Part shown: one piece after another, positions 22,781-34,111 of the stretch
Position numbering within the stretch: the first letter of the stretch is position 1
Layout: the number at the start of each line of letters is the position of its first letter
Source of the DNA: Thainema sp.
GTDB taxonomy: Bacteria; Cyanobacteriota; Cyanobacteriia; Phormidesmidales; Phormidesmidaceae
DNA: 64,000 nucleotides
Direction of reading: 5' to 3'
Assembly: GCA_052168235.1 (NCBI GenBank)
Contig: JBQLZK010000003.1
Span: 32,001 to 96,000 of the forward strand
Notes under the pieces: model-generated
The model's input: only the letters and a program-made list of their open reading frames with translations
The model's database searches: none
Told to the model about the DNA's origin: nothing
Made by a program: the position numbers and the translations under genes

Positions 22781-23842
22781 TTAACGCCGCTGCTCTAGCA
22801 ATCCACCGCCATCACCATCACGCTCTAAGCGCTGTTCTAACAGTCCTTCAGCGCCGCTGTCGTCGCTCTCGTCTGCAGGCTGATTCTCTGTCGGTTGACC
22901 TTGATCAAGCAGGCCATCGTTGCTTTCCGGTTCTGCTGCTGGTTCTGCTGGCGCAGTTTCTTCTGGTGTCAGTGCTCCTGAGAGCAGATCTTGAATTTGG
23001 GGTGTGTTGAGCAATTGCTCGGTATCAGCAATTAGTGCTTCCCCCCAGAGATTGTCCCGCAGGAATTGGATATCGGCATAGCGGCTGTCGAGGGTCAGCG
23101 CGTCAATTGCTTGATCAATGCCAGCCTGCTGCTGCCCTTGGGCGTAGAGTGCAACTGCGATCGCAAGTTGAGGTTCGGCCTCTTCGCTGGCAATGGCAAC
23201 CGAATCTTCCCATTTTTCCAGTGCTTCATCCACCTGATTCATCTCATACAGAACCAGGCCGATATTATTCACCGCAGGCCAAAATTCTTCGTCTTTATCG
23301 ACCGCATCTTCATAAGCTGAGATCGCATCGTCATAGCGCTGTAGCTTGTAATAAGCATTGCCCAAATCAAACAGCGCCCCCGGCGTATCGGGTTCAATCT
23401 TCAGCCCCTGCTGGATATAGTCTGCGGCTGTTGTGTACTCTTCCATCCGGAAGTAGGTTGAACCAAGCGCAAACAAAACCGATGAGTTTTCCGGATTTAG
23501 GCTCTGCGCTTTTTTGAGAGCGCTGACGGCATCGTCATATTCTTCAACCTGCAAGTAGAGGCTGCCGAGTAGCCCCCACACATCAGCATTTTGCGGCACC
23601 AGCTGGGAGGCCAACTGCGCCCGCGCCAGAGCCAAATCATACTGCTGAAACTGGGCAAGCTGAGTCGCTTCCTGCGCCAGGATTAAACCCTGTTCCTCCA
23701 GTAGCTCAAAATCTAGCTCAGGCGTGTAGGGAACGAGCACCTGGGCAGAAACAGGTTGAGCCGGAGCCCACAACCCAAGCAGCATCAGGAAAGATGCCAA
23801 GGGCAGGGTGCGGCGGACTGATTTGTGCAATGGACGACTCAT
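22781..23842 (-). CDS. Secreted TPR-repeat protein with acidic tail
   Basis: Signal peptide and several 34-aa TPRs (LGSLY, LGSTY, LGNAY, IGLVL). Confidence 0.88.
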   Translation of the reverse strand: MSRPLHKSVRRTLPLASFLMLLGLWAPAQPVSAQVLVPYTPELDFELLEEQGLILAQEATQLAQFQQYDLALARAQLASQLVPQNADVWGLLGSLYLQVEEYDDAVSALKKAQSLNPENSSVLFALGSTYFRMEEYTTAADYIQQGLKIEPDTPGALFDLGNAYYKLQRYDDAISAYEDAVDKDEEFWPAVNNIGLVLYEMNQVDEALEKWEDSVAIASEEAEPQLAIAVALYAQGQQQAGIDQAIDALTLDSRYADIQFLRDNLWGEALIADTEQLLNTPQIQDLLSGALTPEETAPAEPAAEPESNDGLLDQGQPTENQPADESDDSGAEGLLEQRLERDGDGGGLLEQRR

Positions 23843-23907
23843 AAAGCGCACTATAACGACTAAGTAGTTTAATTTAGTTTGATGATTCGCAGGGACAGGT
23901 CAGCTAA

Positions 23908-24912
23908 TCATGTCCCATCCTGACAGAAATTTTCTAAATTGGCACGGGCATTGCGTCGAAACATGTCTGGCTTGATCCGCCGCAGAGCAGAAGCCCGAAA
24001 TTGCCGATCGTGTTCTTCATCGGTCAACTGGGCCAATTCTGCCAGAGTCGGCGCGACATTTCCCGGATAGGGCTGAAAATCTTCAACATTGGTCGGTTGT
24101 GCAAACCGCTGATTCCAGGGGCACACATCCTGACAAATGTCGCAGCCAGCCACCCATCCTTGGGCCTGAGACGCAATTTCCTGGGGCAATGTTTCAGCCC
24201 GATTCTCAATCGTGTGGTAGGCCAGACAGCGATTGGCATCCACAACAAAGGGTTTCGTGATCGCCTGGGTCGGACAGGCTTCCAGACAGCGGGTGCAGGT
24301 GCCGCAGTGCTGGGTATGGGGCTGGTCGGGTGGCAGTGCCAAATTAGTCAGAATCTCGCCCAGGAATACCCACGATCCATAGTCGCGGGTGATTAGATTC
24401 CCATTTTTCGCAATCCAGCCAATGCCCGCTCGCTCAGCCCAGACTTTATCCTGAACGGGGCCGGTGTCAGCGTAGTAGCGCAGTTGTAGATCGGGATAGA
24501 TGGGAGAAAAGTGCGATCGCAGCCTGCCTGTCAATTCTTTCAACCGCTTTTCCATGACGCGATGGTAATCTCGACCCCAGCCATAGCGAGAAATCTTGGC
24601 ATACTGCTGACCTTCAGGACGCTCATGAGGTGTGTAGTAATTGAGCGCAACACAAATGACCGATTTCACACTCGGCATAATTTCGCGAATGTTCTGCCGC
24701 CGCGAGTTGTGCATCCAGGCCATATCGGCTTCATAGCCCTGCGCTAACCAGTCTTGCAGCACGGCAACTGGATCGTAAGCGGCACTTGACTGAGTCGGAT
24801 CGTCGGACACTGCGGCAATGCCAATCCGGTGAAATCCGACTGCTAAAGCCTGCTGCTTAACGTAATCTGCGTCCGTATGAGAATTTGTGTGAGAAAGCGG
24901 ATGAGCTGTCAT
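23908..24912 (-). CDS. queG: Epoxyqueuosine reductase
   Basis: YGWGRDYH, DTGP, CGTCTRCLEACPT, GCDICQDVCPWN. Confidence 0.95.
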   Translation of the reverse strand: MTAHPLSHTNSHTDADYVKQQALAVGFHRIGIAAVSDDPTQSSAAYDPVAVLQDWLAQGYEADMAWMHNSRRQNIREIMPSVKSVICVALNYYTPHERPEGQQYAKISRYGWGRDYHRVMEKRLKELTGRLRSHFSPIYPDLQLRYYADTGPVQDKVWAERAGIGWIAKNGNLITRDYGSWVFLGEILTNLALPPDQPHTQHCGTCTRCLEACPTQAITKPFVVDANRCLAYHTIENRAETLPQEIASQAQGWVAGCDICQDVCPWNQRFAQPTNVEDFQPYPGNVAPTLAELAQLTDEEHDRQFRASALRRIKPDMFRRNARANLENFCQDGT

Positions 24913-24959
24913 GCAAAGCTTGGGATTGTGAATTAAATAGCCTGCCAATTCTTCCATCC

Positions 24960-24988
24960 GTAGGGACACGGCATTGCCATGTCCCTAC
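24960..24988 (+). repeat. GTAG-type REP palindrome (uninterrupted copy)
   Basis: GTAGGGACACGGCATTGCCATGTCCCTAC; same family as the interrupted copy at 25833-26140. Confidence 0.8.
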
Positions 24989-25215
24989 CCAAAGATTTCA
25001 CCTGATTAAATCCATGTTCGTTCGGTTTTCGAATTGAAAACTAGTTCGGTGGTGCTACTCTCACATCTTGCCTCAAATCTGGAACGACAGGTTGTGGCTA
25101 CGCTATAGTCACCAACCGTACAGTCACCAATAGAGTATTTCTACCGTCCGCATGATGCGGCTTAAGAGTCAAACATGAAATGCTGATATGGTTTGTACGT
25201 TAACTCTCCTTGACT

Positions 25216-25755
25216 ATGTCTTCAGCCCGTTCCTCCGCCTCTCAATCCACCGTTGCGCCGTCTAATCAGCTGGATACCAGTCGAGTGGAACCAACTGAGT
25301 ACCAAACTTATATTCATCAGACCGCTTCACAGTCTGAGCTACAAATCGCTGGCATTGAGCATCCTACAGTCATTTGCTACTTCGATTGGCTGAATCAGGA
25401 AGCCTACGATCAGGCTGTCACTCTGTTCACAGAAGACGGCATACTCTACGCGCCGTTTGAATCTGGCATTCAAGGCAGAAGTGCGATCGCAGATTACTTA
25501 AAAACCGAAGCCAAAGGTATGCAGCTTCAGCCCCGTGAAGGCGTGGTGCAGCCGATTGACGATGAGTCCGAAGATGAACCTGAAAATGTACCCGACGAAA
25601 TCTATCAGATTTTAGTCACGGGTAAGGTGCAAACATCAGTATTTGGCGTGAACGTCCAGTGGACATTCACTTTAAACCAGGATGATCAGTTAACTGCTGT
25701 CCGGGTTAAGCTGCTGGCTTCTCCTAAAGAACTGCTCAACCTACGCAATAAGTAA
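25216..25755 (+). CDS. Orange carotenoid protein C-terminal-domain homolog (CTDH, NTF2 fold)
   Basis: APFESGIQG, GKVQTSVFGVNV and LLASPKELLNLR match the OCP CTD; no N-terminal domain. Confidence 0.85.
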   Translation: MSSARSSASQSTVAPSNQLDTSRVEPTEYQTYIHQTASQSELQIAGIEHPTVICYFDWLNQEAYDQAVTLFTEDGILYAPFESGIQGRSAIADYLKTEAKGMQLQPREGVVQPIDDESEDEPENVPDEIYQILVTGKVQTSVFGVNVQWTFTLNQDDQLTAVRVKLLASPKELLNLRNK

Positions 25756-25853
25756 CGGGTGCGTCATATATCTTGAAAACCAGCGTAGGAGCGGGTTAAA
25801 GAACGCGGATCTAACAAGGCAAAATCTTTGGAGTAGGGACACGGCAATGCCGT

Positions 25854-26124
25854 GTATGTATTTAGCGTAGCCGCATGATCCCCCGCTGTCGCCGCCCCCT
25901 TGAAAAAGGGGCTATACCACCGCTAACTCAAAGTCCCCCTTTTTAAGGTAGGGCTGATTCTCTAGCAGAATAATAATTCTGTAACTCCCAATTTATGGTT
26001 CTTTGCCAAAACGGGTTGAACGAGGAAATAGGACTTACGAGCATTTTCTTTTTTTAGAGAATCAGCCCTACCTTTTTAAGGGGGATTTAGGGGGATCGGT
26101 CAGAGTGTTTCGCTAAACAAGTAC
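25854..26124. mobile_element. MITE with CCCCC-TTTTTAA-GGGGG double-hairpin core, inserted in a REP
   Basis: Imperfect TIRs GTATGTATTTAGCG / CGCTAAACAAGTAC; 8-bp duplication AATGCCGT (25846-25853, 26125-26132). Confidence 0.75.
25948..26071. mobile_element. 124-bp MITE, copy 1
   Basis: Perfect 17-bp TIR GTAGGGCTGATTCTCTA/TAGAGAATCAGCCCTAC; flanking CTTTTTAAG duplication; identical to 49354-49477. Confidence 0.92.
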
Positions 26125-26186
26125 AATGCCGTGTCCCTACAGATGGAATAACTGACGGCGGCTATTTAAGTCATGACCACAAGCGG

Positions 26187-26732
26187 CTAAACGTTACCCA
26201 ACTTAATCAGCTCAACTGAATCGCGGCCATCTTCGGCCTGTAGATGTACCTTGACCTGCTCGTCCTTGGAGGTAGGCAGCTCCTTACCGACAAAGTCTGC
26301 ATGAATGGGCAGTGCCCGATGTCCCCGATCCACCAGAACCGCCAGCCAAATTGTCTCAGGCCGACCATATTCATTCACCGCATTCAGCGCCGCCCGAATC
26401 GTGCGACCGCTATAGATCACGTCGTCAACCAGCACAACATTATGAGCAGAAAGATCGAATGGAATTTTGGATTTGGCCGGAGTGCGGGCACCGATTTTAT
26501 CCAGGTCATCGCGAAAGAAGGTAATGTCAATCGCTCCGATCGCAGGTCGCACACCTTCTAGCATTTCAATCTGATCGGCTAAGCGGTGGGCTAGCGGCAC
26601 CCCACGGGTGTAGATGCCGATGAGGATTAAATTCTCGACGCTGCCAGCTTTCTCCAGAATTTGCGAAGCTAATCGGGTGATGGTGCGACGAATTTCTTCT
26701 TCTGAGAGAATTTCAATCGGTTCGGGGGTCAT
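26187..26732 (-). CDS. pyrR: PyrR regulator / uracil phosphoribosyltransferase
   Basis: [43 protein letters not shown]. Confidence 0.95.
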   Translation of the reverse strand: MTPEPIEILSEEEIRRTITRLASQILEKAGSVENLILIGIYTRGVPLAHRLADQIEMLEGVRPAIGAIDITFFRDDLDKIGARTPAKSKIPFDLSAHNVVLVDDVIYSGRTIRAALNAVNEYGRPETIWLAVLVDRGHRALPIHADFVGKELPTSKDEQVKVHLQAEDGRDSVELIKLGNV

Positions 26733-26881
26733 GGGGGTTAAAACCATCCGCTCAAACGATGCATATATCAAATCCTAAACCAGAAGACGCAATTCGCCGC
26801 TGCAGCCAGCGGCGAATTGCGTCTTCTATCAGGTGCAAGAGTTTAGATAGTTTAGGTGGAAAACTCGATACATCCGGTGAA

Positions 26882-27478
26882 TTAGGCAGAAGCGGGTGAA
26901 TCCGATTCACCCGCAGGCGTGGATTCGTCTTTGCTGCTGAGAAGGTTGCGTGCTTTCAGCGAGAGTCCGACCCGAGAAATGCCTGTAAATAGAATGCTCA
27001 CACCCAGCAGTGTACCCAGTAGCCAAGGCGCATTGAAGGGAAACTGGAACCAGATCATGCCACCTAAAATTAGGGTGATGATGCCGTTCGTTAGGGCCCA
27101 CGTCCAGTTTTGTCGGGGGCGTAAGCGGAAGGCTAGAATCAACTCAAACACGCCTTCGGTGAGCAAGAAGCTACCCAGCAGCAGCGTTAGCGTCAAAATT
27201 CCAGTGCGGGGATAGACAAACAGCATGAGTCCTGTAGCAATATACAGAACACCTAAGAGTGCTTTCCAAAGGGTGTTGCCTTCATCGCGAGTTTGATAGG
27301 CATAAACGAGCTTCGCCACCCCGGCTGAAATCAGAATCAACGCTAGCCAGGTTTCGACAAAGACGGTTGAAACGACGGGAAGTGCGATCGCAACTACCCC
27401 TAATACTGTTAATACAATCCCAGTCCAAAGGGCTCGGTTGCTAACCTGTTTCGGATTAACTGGAGCATCAGTTGCCAT
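26882..27478 (-). CDS. HdeD/DUF308 family membrane protein
   Basis: Six TM helices in two repeats with the G-LG-P pattern typical of HdeD. Confidence 0.85.
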   Translation of the reverse strand: MATDAPVNPKQVSNRALWTGIVLTVLGVVAIALPVVSTVFVETWLALILISAGVAKLVYAYQTRDEGNTLWKALLGVLYIATGLMLFVYPRTGILTLTLLLGSFLLTEGVFELILAFRLRPRQNWTWALTNGIITLILGGMIWFQFPFNAPWLLGTLLGVSILFTGISRVGLSLKARNLLSSKDESTPAGESDSPASA

Positions 27479-27674
27479 AAAAATATCTCTTTTTAACTGC
27501 ATCACGCATAGGCTAGAGAATTTTCGATCAGCACTGTTAGTCCCTCAAGGCAGATTGGAACTCGTCTCTAGTTATAGATTTTGAGCTGCTTCTATCTACA
27601 ATCAACTCAGAACCCAGAGCAATGCCTTGCCGCTCTGGGTTCTGAGACAAGTTACACACCTACAAAGTTGAAAA

Positions 27675-28703
27675 CTACAAGAAAACCCTGTAATCTTCGC
27701 CCAAAAACAATGCTCGTTCAGCTCGCCGCCGCCGAGTGAGGCCAGCGAGTACGCGACCACCCCCCTTATTCCAGCGCAGGAATTCCTCTGCTGCTGTACT
27801 GTAGTTGTTTTGATTGAGCAACCGCCGCAGCGTTGAACTAGCCAATGCACCAGCACCGACATTGTACGTAAAGGAAACCAGCGCAGAGAACTGGTCGGAA
27901 TTCAGCGGTACTTGAATATTGCTCGACACGGCCTGCTCAAATTTTCTCAGATCGTCCCTTAGTAAAGCTTCGGCTTCGGCTTTGGTAATTTGCATACCGG
28001 GACGAACGCCGCGAGTCGTGCCGTAGCCAATTGTCCAAACGCCGACCGCATCCAAGTAGGCTTTCAACCTTAATCCTTCAAAGGATTTCAGCAGGTGCAA
28101 CCCTTTGTCATTAATCTGTCCGGTTGACTGGAGTACGGCGGGTTGTGAAAGCTGTACGGGTCTTCCCTCCTGTAGCACCTCTACATGCAAAGCATAAACG
28201 TACCAAGTGTTGCGGCCTTGCAGGTGAATTTGCTGACCATCCCCATCTTGCCCCAGCGCTAGCTTCAGATGAGAACCATCCAGTGTGTAGCTGTTGAGCG
28301 GCATTGTCGTATTCGCTCTCACCAAATACTTTTGGCCATCTGGCAGGGCCGAGCTTTGGTCGGTGTTGAGCTTGAACCAGGTATCCGATTTAATTTTTAG
28401 CTGGAAGATACTGGGTTCATCGTCCGTAGTCGGCGGAAAAAGGTTAATCTCTTCACCATTTCGCAAAATATCAACAGCTGGCTCGTAGACAAACCAGGTA
28501 TTGCGACCCTTGAAAAAGATCTGCTGTCCCTCATTGTTCTGGCCAAGCGTCATGCGCAGATGATTGCCCACAAGCGAATAGGCAGCTAAGGGAAGTTCCG
28601 TGCCAGCCTCAATATATTGCCGCTGACTATCGGGCAGCGTTGCCCCCTGATCAGTCGTGAGTTTCAACCAGGTATCAAGCACAAACTTGACGGAATAAGA
28701 CAT
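27675..28703 (-). CDS. GH24 (phage-type) lysozyme with two N-terminal repeat domains
   Basis: FEGLRLKAYLDAVGVWTIGYG (E-x8-D-x5-T), FSALVSFTYNVG, GLTRRRRAE; duplicated ~80-aa DTWxK...GRNTW domain. Confidence 0.9.
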   Translation of the reverse strand: MSYSVKFVLDTWLKLTTDQGATLPDSQRQYIEAGTELPLAAYSLVGNHLRMTLGQNNEGQQIFFKGRNTWFVYEPAVDILRNGEEINLFPPTTDDEPSIFQLKIKSDTWFKLNTDQSSALPDGQKYLVRANTTMPLNSYTLDGSHLKLALGQDGDGQQIHLQGRNTWYVYALHVEVLQEGRPVQLSQPAVLQSTGQINDKGLHLLKSFEGLRLKAYLDAVGVWTIGYGTTRGVRPGMQITKAEAEALLRDDLRKFEQAVSSNIQVPLNSDQFSALVSFTYNVGAGALASSTLRRLLNQNNYSTAAEEFLRWNKGGGRVLAGLTRRRRAERALFLGEDYRVFL

Positions 28704-28827
28704 GGTAGAGCACCTTCAGAGTAAAAGTATGGAAAAACTGCGGCAACACCCATTTTGCAGAGCAGTTTTAACCTAATAGTGACCAACCAAGCCTTTAAAA
28801 TTAATATTCGGTCAGATTTTTACTCAT

Positions 28828-30135
28828 CTACAGCGGCTTGCCCATGGGCATGACCAGCATCTTATCGACGCGGTTGCCGTCCATATCCATTACTTCAAAC
28901 CGGAGGCCGCCCCATTCAAAATGATCGGCAGCAACCGGAATACGGCCCAAGTGAGTAATCACAAAACCGCCCAGGGTTTGATAGTTGCCCATTTCTTCCC
29001 CTGGTAAGCGGCTAAGTTGAAATAGATCCTTGAATTTTTCAATAGATACCATACCGTCAAGCAGCCAAGAGCCATCTTCTCGCTGTACGGCAGAGGTGTC
29101 ATCGGACTGACCAACGGAGGGCAAATCGCCAATAATTGCTTCCAAGATGTCGTTGAGCGTGACGATGCCCTGAATCACACCGTACTCATCAACTGCGATC
29201 GCAATATGGGTATCCGACTGCTTGAACATCTCCATGATCCGCAGCGCCCGAGTGGTTTCTGGCACAAACAGCGGTTGGCGCAGAGCCGAGGTCAAATCCA
29301 TCGGTTCGCCTGACATGCTGCGAGCCAGTAGATCGGTGATATGCACCACACCTAGCACGTTATCCAGCGTGTTTTGGCAAACGGGAAAGCGCGAGTGATC
29401 ACTTTGGGTAATCTTGAGCCGATTCTCGTCGGCAGAGCTGTTGAGATTGAGCCAAACAATATCGGGTCGCGGCGTCATCAAGGCGCTGATCGGCTGATCG
29501 TCCAGGCGAAAGATGCGTTCCACCATATCTTGCTCAGCGGCCTCAAACATGCCCGCTTCTCGCCCTTGTTCCAGCAGCACCTTAATTTCGTCTTCCGTCA
29601 CCAGCGGCTCGGTTTCTGTCGGGCCAACCCCAAACAGCTTTAAGCCCAATTCTGTAGACGCGCTGAGTAAGCGGACGGCAGGAGATGCGATCGCAGAAAG
29701 TAACTGCATCGGAATTGCGATCGCAGAGGCAATTTTCTCGGGCGCATTAAGAGCAAGCCGTTTAGGGATCAGCTCTCCAACGACGAGGGATAAATAGGTA
29801 ATCAGCAGCACCACGGCCAGCAAGCTCAATGTGGCACTAAAGGGTGCGAGAGCCGGAATTTGACTAAACAGTTCGGAGAGTGACGTAGACAGCGTGGCAC
29901 CACCAAAGGCACCGGCCAAAATCCCCACCAGCGTAATGCCGATTTGCACCGTCGAGAGAAAGCGATTGGGGCTATTGGCCAAATCCAGCGCGGCTTGTGC
30001 CCGCAAATCTCCTTGATTGGCCAACTGCTGGAGGCGGGTTTTACGGGCAGAGACAATGGCCATTTCGGACATGGCAAACAAGCCATTAGCCATTACCAGC
30101 AGCAAGATAACTAGAATTTCACTCGTTGTGGACAT
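28828..30135 (-). CDS. CNNM/CBS/CorC (hemolysin-family) membrane protein
   Basis: NGLFAMSEMA, GELIPK, HSRFPV, VDEYG and C-terminal CorC domain. Confidence 0.92.
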   Translation of the reverse strand: MSTTSEILVILLLVMANGLFAMSEMAIVSARKTRLQQLANQGDLRAQAALDLANSPNRFLSTVQIGITLVGILAGAFGGATLSTSLSELFSQIPALAPFSATLSLLAVVLLITYLSLVVGELIPKRLALNAPEKIASAIAIPMQLLSAIASPAVRLLSASTELGLKLFGVGPTETEPLVTEDEIKVLLEQGREAGMFEAAEQDMVERIFRLDDQPISALMTPRPDIVWLNLNSSADENRLKITQSDHSRFPVCQNTLDNVLGVVHITDLLARSMSGEPMDLTSALRQPLFVPETTRALRIMEMFKQSDTHIAIAVDEYGVIQGIVTLNDILEAIIGDLPSVGQSDDTSAVQREDGSWLLDGMVSIEKFKDLFQLSRLPGEEMGNYQTLGGFVITHLGRIPVAADHFEWGGLRFEVMDMDGNRVDKMLVMPMGKPL

Positions 30136-30517
30136 GCCTAAAGTGGCCTCGCGTCTCCAAAATAAATGAGTGGATCGTGGTGCGGAGTTAGATGTTTTGT
30201 TGAGGGGATTTTGCCGACTCAAACGAACATCATGAACCATTTGAAGAGTGCAATATTTGACTGTTAATCTCGGAACATTGTTAGAACACTTGTGGGTATA
30301 CCGTAGCTTGATTGGGAGGTCATCCCCTTAAGGGAAAAATGTACACGAAAAAACAAGTCTACCCTCTCTGGCGCTGCTTCATTATTAAATCGTGATTTGG
30401 TTGCGCTTGGCTTGCCCGAACCAAGTGCTCCTGCTCGAACCGCGCTGTATGACTACAATAAGATGCATAAAGAAAGATTAAAGACACCCGTGATGGGGCT
30501 TCACACTAAAAATCCTC

Positions 30518-33500
30518 ATGTCCTTTTCTTCAATTACTCGCGCACTCGGACGATCAAACCTAACCACTGAACTGCTGGAGAAGCTGAATCAGCAGGGTGA
30601 ACTTACGCTAAACGGGATTGCTCGTTTACCGAAAGGGCTGGTCAGCTCAGCGCTCGCTCAAAACCAGACGCAACCCTTAGTCATCGTGACGGCGACGCTG
30701 GAAGAAGCGGGACGTTGGGCAGCCCAGCTCGATGCGATGGGCTGGCAGACGGTGCATTTTTATCCCACATCAGAATCGTCGCCCTACGAGCCGTTTGATA
30801 CCGAGGCCGAGATGACCTGGGGGCAAATGCAGGTGCTGGCTGATTTGATGCGAAGTCGGACTGGACAGGGATCCGAGGCTCCAGTTGATCCGTCGGCGAA
30901 TGGGAAAGTGAACGGTGGAAAAGGGAATGGTAAATCGGGCGGTAAGCTGGATGCACCGTTTGCCATTGTCGCGGCTGAGCGGGCGCTGCAGCCGTTATTG
31001 CCGCCCGTTGAGGTTTTTCAGGAATACTGCGTCAACGTGTGCCAAGGGGATGAGCTAAACCTCAAATCTCTGTCTCATCGCCTCGCTCGTTTGGGCTACG
31101 AGAAAGTTTCTCAGGTTGAGTTGGAAGGGCAGTGGAGCCAGCGCGGTGACATCATTGACGTGTTTCCGGTTGCGTCTGAACTGCCTGTTCGACTAGAGCT
31201 GTTTGGAGACGAGGTGGATCAGATTCGCGAGTTTGATCCCGCCAGTCAGCGATCGCTAGACAAAATCAACCAAATTACGCTGACGGCCACCAGCTTTTCA
31301 CCCATTGTTTTCGATGCGCTACAGGACAAAGGACTGCTGGAGCGACTGCCCGTTTCCGACGAAGAGCAGGAGCAGTTGAGCACCGGACAGCCAATTGAGG
31401 GAATGCGGCGTTTCCTGGGGCTGGCCTTTGAGCAAACGGCCTCGCTGCTGGATTATTTGCCCGACAATACGCTGATTGCCCTGGATGAACCGGAACAGTG
31501 CCGCGCCCATAGCGATCGCTGGTTGGAACACGTTGAGGATCACTGGCTGGAAGTCAATTCCCATTTGCTTTCAAGCTCCAACGCTCAATCTAACCAAGAC
31601 GCGTTCGTCAAAATTCACCGCTCCTTTGATGATTCTTTGGCCGAAATGGAGCGGTTCCAGCGGCTTAACTTATCAGAAATTGCAGAAGAAAATACTGGGC
31701 TAAATCTAGCTAGTCGCCCATTCCCGGCCATTCCGCATCAGTTTGGTAAGTTAGCTGAGACGTTACGGGAGGAGCGCGATCGCAACTTCTCGATCTGGCT
31801 GGTATCGGCTCAGCCGTCTCGCTGCGTGGCGCTGCTGCAGGAGCATGACTGTCCGGCTCAGTTTGTGCCCAATCCTAGAGATTATCCGGCGATTGACAAG
31901 CTGCAAACCCAGCATACACCTGTAGCAGTCAAGTATTCGGGACTGGCGGAGTTAGAAGGGTTTGTGCTGCCTACGTTCCGCTTAGTCGTTGTCACCGACC
32001 GCGAGTTCTTTGGTCAGCACACGCTGGCCACGCCTAGCTACGTGCGAAAGCGGCGGCGGGCGGCCTCCAAGCAGGTTGATCCGAATAAGCTGCGGCCTGG
32101 TGATTTTGTCGTGCATCGCAACCACGGCATTGGCCAGTTCATCAAGCTGGAAAGCCTGACGATCAACAACGAAACGCGGGAGTACCTGGTTCTCAAGTAC
32201 GAAGATGGTCTGCTGCGGGTGGCAGCGGATCAGGTGGGTTCGCTCTCCCGCTTCCGCAGTACGGGCGGTGAGCGACCGACGCTGAACAAGATGTCCGGCA
32301 AAGCCTGGGAGCGCACTAAGAGCAAAGTCCGCAAGGCCATTAAGAAAGTGGCGGTGGATCTGCTCCAGCTCTACGCGCAGCGGGCGCAGAATACGGGCTA
32401 TTCCTACCCAGAAGACATGCCTTGGCAGGAGGAACTGGAGGATTCGTTCCCCTATCAGCCGACGCCGGATCAGCTCAAGTCGGTGCAGGACGTGAAGCGG
32501 GACATGGAAAGCGAGCGGCCAATGGATCGGCTAGTCTGTGGCGATGTAGGCTTTGGTAAAACGGAAGTCGCGATTCGGGCCATTTTCAAAGCCATTACCG
32601 CCGGAAAGCAAGTGGCGCTACTGGCTCCCACCACGATTTTGACCCAGCAGCACTACCACACGCTGAAGGAGCGGTTTGCGCCCTATCCCATCCAGGTTGG
32701 TCTGCTCAACCGTTTCCGGACAGCTAGTGAACGCAAGGACATTCAGCAGCGGCTGGCGACGGGTGAGCTAGATGTGGTGGTGGGGACGCACCAGCTTCTA
32801 GGCAAAGCGGTTCAGTTCAAAGACTTGGGCCTGCTGGTGGTGGACGAAGAACAGCGGTTCGGCGTTAACCAGAAAGAAAAAATCAAGGCGATGAAAACCC
32901 AGGTGGACGTACTCACCCTCAGCGCTACGCCGATTCCTCGGACGCTCTACATGGCGCTGTCAGGGGTGCGGGAAATGAGCCTGATTACTACGCCACCGCC
33001 GTCTCGTCGGCCTATTAAGACCCATCTTTCACCCTACGATCCGGAAACGGTGCGCTCAGCCATTCGCCAAGAACTGGATCGGGGTGGCCAGGTGTTTTAC
33101 GTGGTGCCCCGCGTCGAGGGCATCGAAGAAATTTCCGCTCGCCTGCGGGAAATGGTGCCCAGCGCTCGTTTGGCAGTAGCACATGGCCAAATGCCAGAGG
33201 GTGAACTGGAAGCAACGATGCTGGCCTTCAGCACGGGCGAGGCCGACATTCTGGTCTGTACGACGATTATCGAATCGGGACTGGATATTCCCCGCGTCAA
33301 CACGATTCTGATTGAAGATGCTCAGCGGTTTGGTTTGGCTCAGCTCTACCAACTGCGGGGTCGCGTCGGGCGGGCGGGTATTCAAGCCCATGCCTGGCTG
33401 CTGTATCCCAAGCAAAGTTCCTTGACCGATAAGGCCCGGAAGCGGCTGCGAGCCATTCAGGAATTTACCCAGCTCGGTTCCGGCTATCAGCTAGCGATGC

Positions 33501-34111
33501 GCGACATGGAAATTCGCGGTGTGGGTAATTTGCTCGGTGCCGAACAGTCCGGCCAAATGGAGGCGATTGGTTTCGACCTCTATATGGAAATGCTAGAAGA
33601 GTCGCTGGCCGAAATTCGCGGTCAGGAAATTCCGCAGGTGGACGAGACTCAAATCGACCTCAACTTCACGGCCTTTATCCCTGCCGATTACATCCCCGAT
33701 CTGGATCAGAAGATGAGCGCTTATCGTGCGATCGCATCTGCCCAGTCGAAGAAAGAACTCACCGAAATTGCTGCCGACTGGAACGATCGCTATGGCCCAA
33801 TCCCAACAGCAGCCAGTCAGCTCATCCGAATTATGGAGCTGAAGCAGGTAGCACGCAAGCTGGGTTTCTCACGGATTGCGCCCGAAGGCAAGCAGCACGT
33901 GGCCCTGGAAACGCCAATGGAAGAACCCGCATGGAACCTGCTGAAGGAAAATCTGCCCGCTCACCTGCATTCTCGGTTTGTCTATTCTCCGGGCAAGGTA
34001 ACGGTGCGCGGCTTGGGTTCGCTCAAACCTGATCAGCAGCTTGATAACCTGGTGGATTGGCTGAGCCGCATGCAGGGTGCGCTGCCGGAACCTGCCCTGG
34101 CTGAGAAATGA
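30518..34111 (+). CDS. mfd: Transcription-repair coupling factor
   Basis: [18 protein letters not shown] (RID), [35 protein letters not shown] tail. Confidence 0.98.
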   Translation: MSFSSITRALGRSNLTTELLEKLNQQGELTLNGIARLPKGLVSSALAQNQTQPLVIVTATLEEAGRWAAQLDAMGWQTVHFYPTSESSPYEPFDTEAEMTWGQMQVLADLMRSRTGQGSEAPVDPSANGKVNGGKGNGKSGGKLDAPFAIVAAERALQPLLPPVEVFQEYCVNVCQGDELNLKSLSHRLARLGYEKVSQVELEGQWSQRGDIIDVFPVASELPVRLELFGDEVDQIREFDPASQRSLDKINQITLTATSFSPIVFDALQDKGLLERLPVSDEEQEQLSTGQPIEGMRRFLGLAFEQTASLLDYLPDNTLIALDEPEQCRAHSDRWLEHVEDHWLEVNSHLLSSSNAQSNQDAFVKIHRSFDDSLAEMERFQRLNLSEIAEENTGLNLASRPFPAIPHQFGKLAETLREERDRNFSIWLVSAQPSRCVALLQEHDCPAQFVPNPRDYPAIDKLQTQHTPVAVKYSGLAELEGFVLPTFRLVVVTDREFFGQHTLATPSYVRKRRRAASKQVDPNKLRPGDFVVHRNHGIGQFIKLESLTINNETREYLVLKYEDGLLRVAADQVGSLSRFRSTGGERPTLNKMSGKAWERTKSKVRKAIKKVAVDLLQLYAQRAQNTGYSYPEDMPWQEELEDSFPYQPTPDQLKSVQDVKRDMESERPMDRLVCGDVGFGKTEVAIRAIFKAITAGKQVALLAPTTILTQQHYHTLKERFAPYPIQVGLLNRFRTASERKDIQQRLATGELDVVVGTHQLLGKAVQFKDLGLLVVDEEQRFGVNQKEKIKAMKTQVDVLTLSATPIPRTLYMALSGVREMSLITTPPPSRRPIKTHLSPYDPETVRSAIRQELDRGGQVFYVVPRVEGIEEISARLREMVPSARLAVAHGQMPEGELEATMLAFSTGEADILVCTTIIESGLDIPRVNTILIEDAQRFGLAQLYQLRGRVGRAGIQAHAWLLYPKQSSLTDKARKRLRAIQEFTQLGSGYQLAMRDMEIRGVGNLLGAEQSGQMEAIGFDLYMEMLEESLAEIRGQEIPQVDETQIDLNFTAFIPADYIPDLDQKMSAYRAIASAQSKKELTEIAADWNDRYGPIPTAASQLIRIMELKQVARKLGFSRIAPEGKQHVALETPMEEPAWNLLKENLPAHLHSRFVYSPGKVTVRGLGSLKPDQQLDNLVDWLSRMQGALPEPALAEK

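Larger units (their letters stand above)
25833..26140 (+). repeat. GTAG-type REP split by nested MITE insertions
   Basis: Removing the insert and one AATGCCGT copy restores GTAGGGACACGGCAATGCCGTGTCCCTAC. Confidence 0.8.

Noticed and set aside
26882..30135. Prophage around the lysozyme
   Set aside because: Neighbours are HdeD-like and CNNM genes; no integrase, holin or structural genes.
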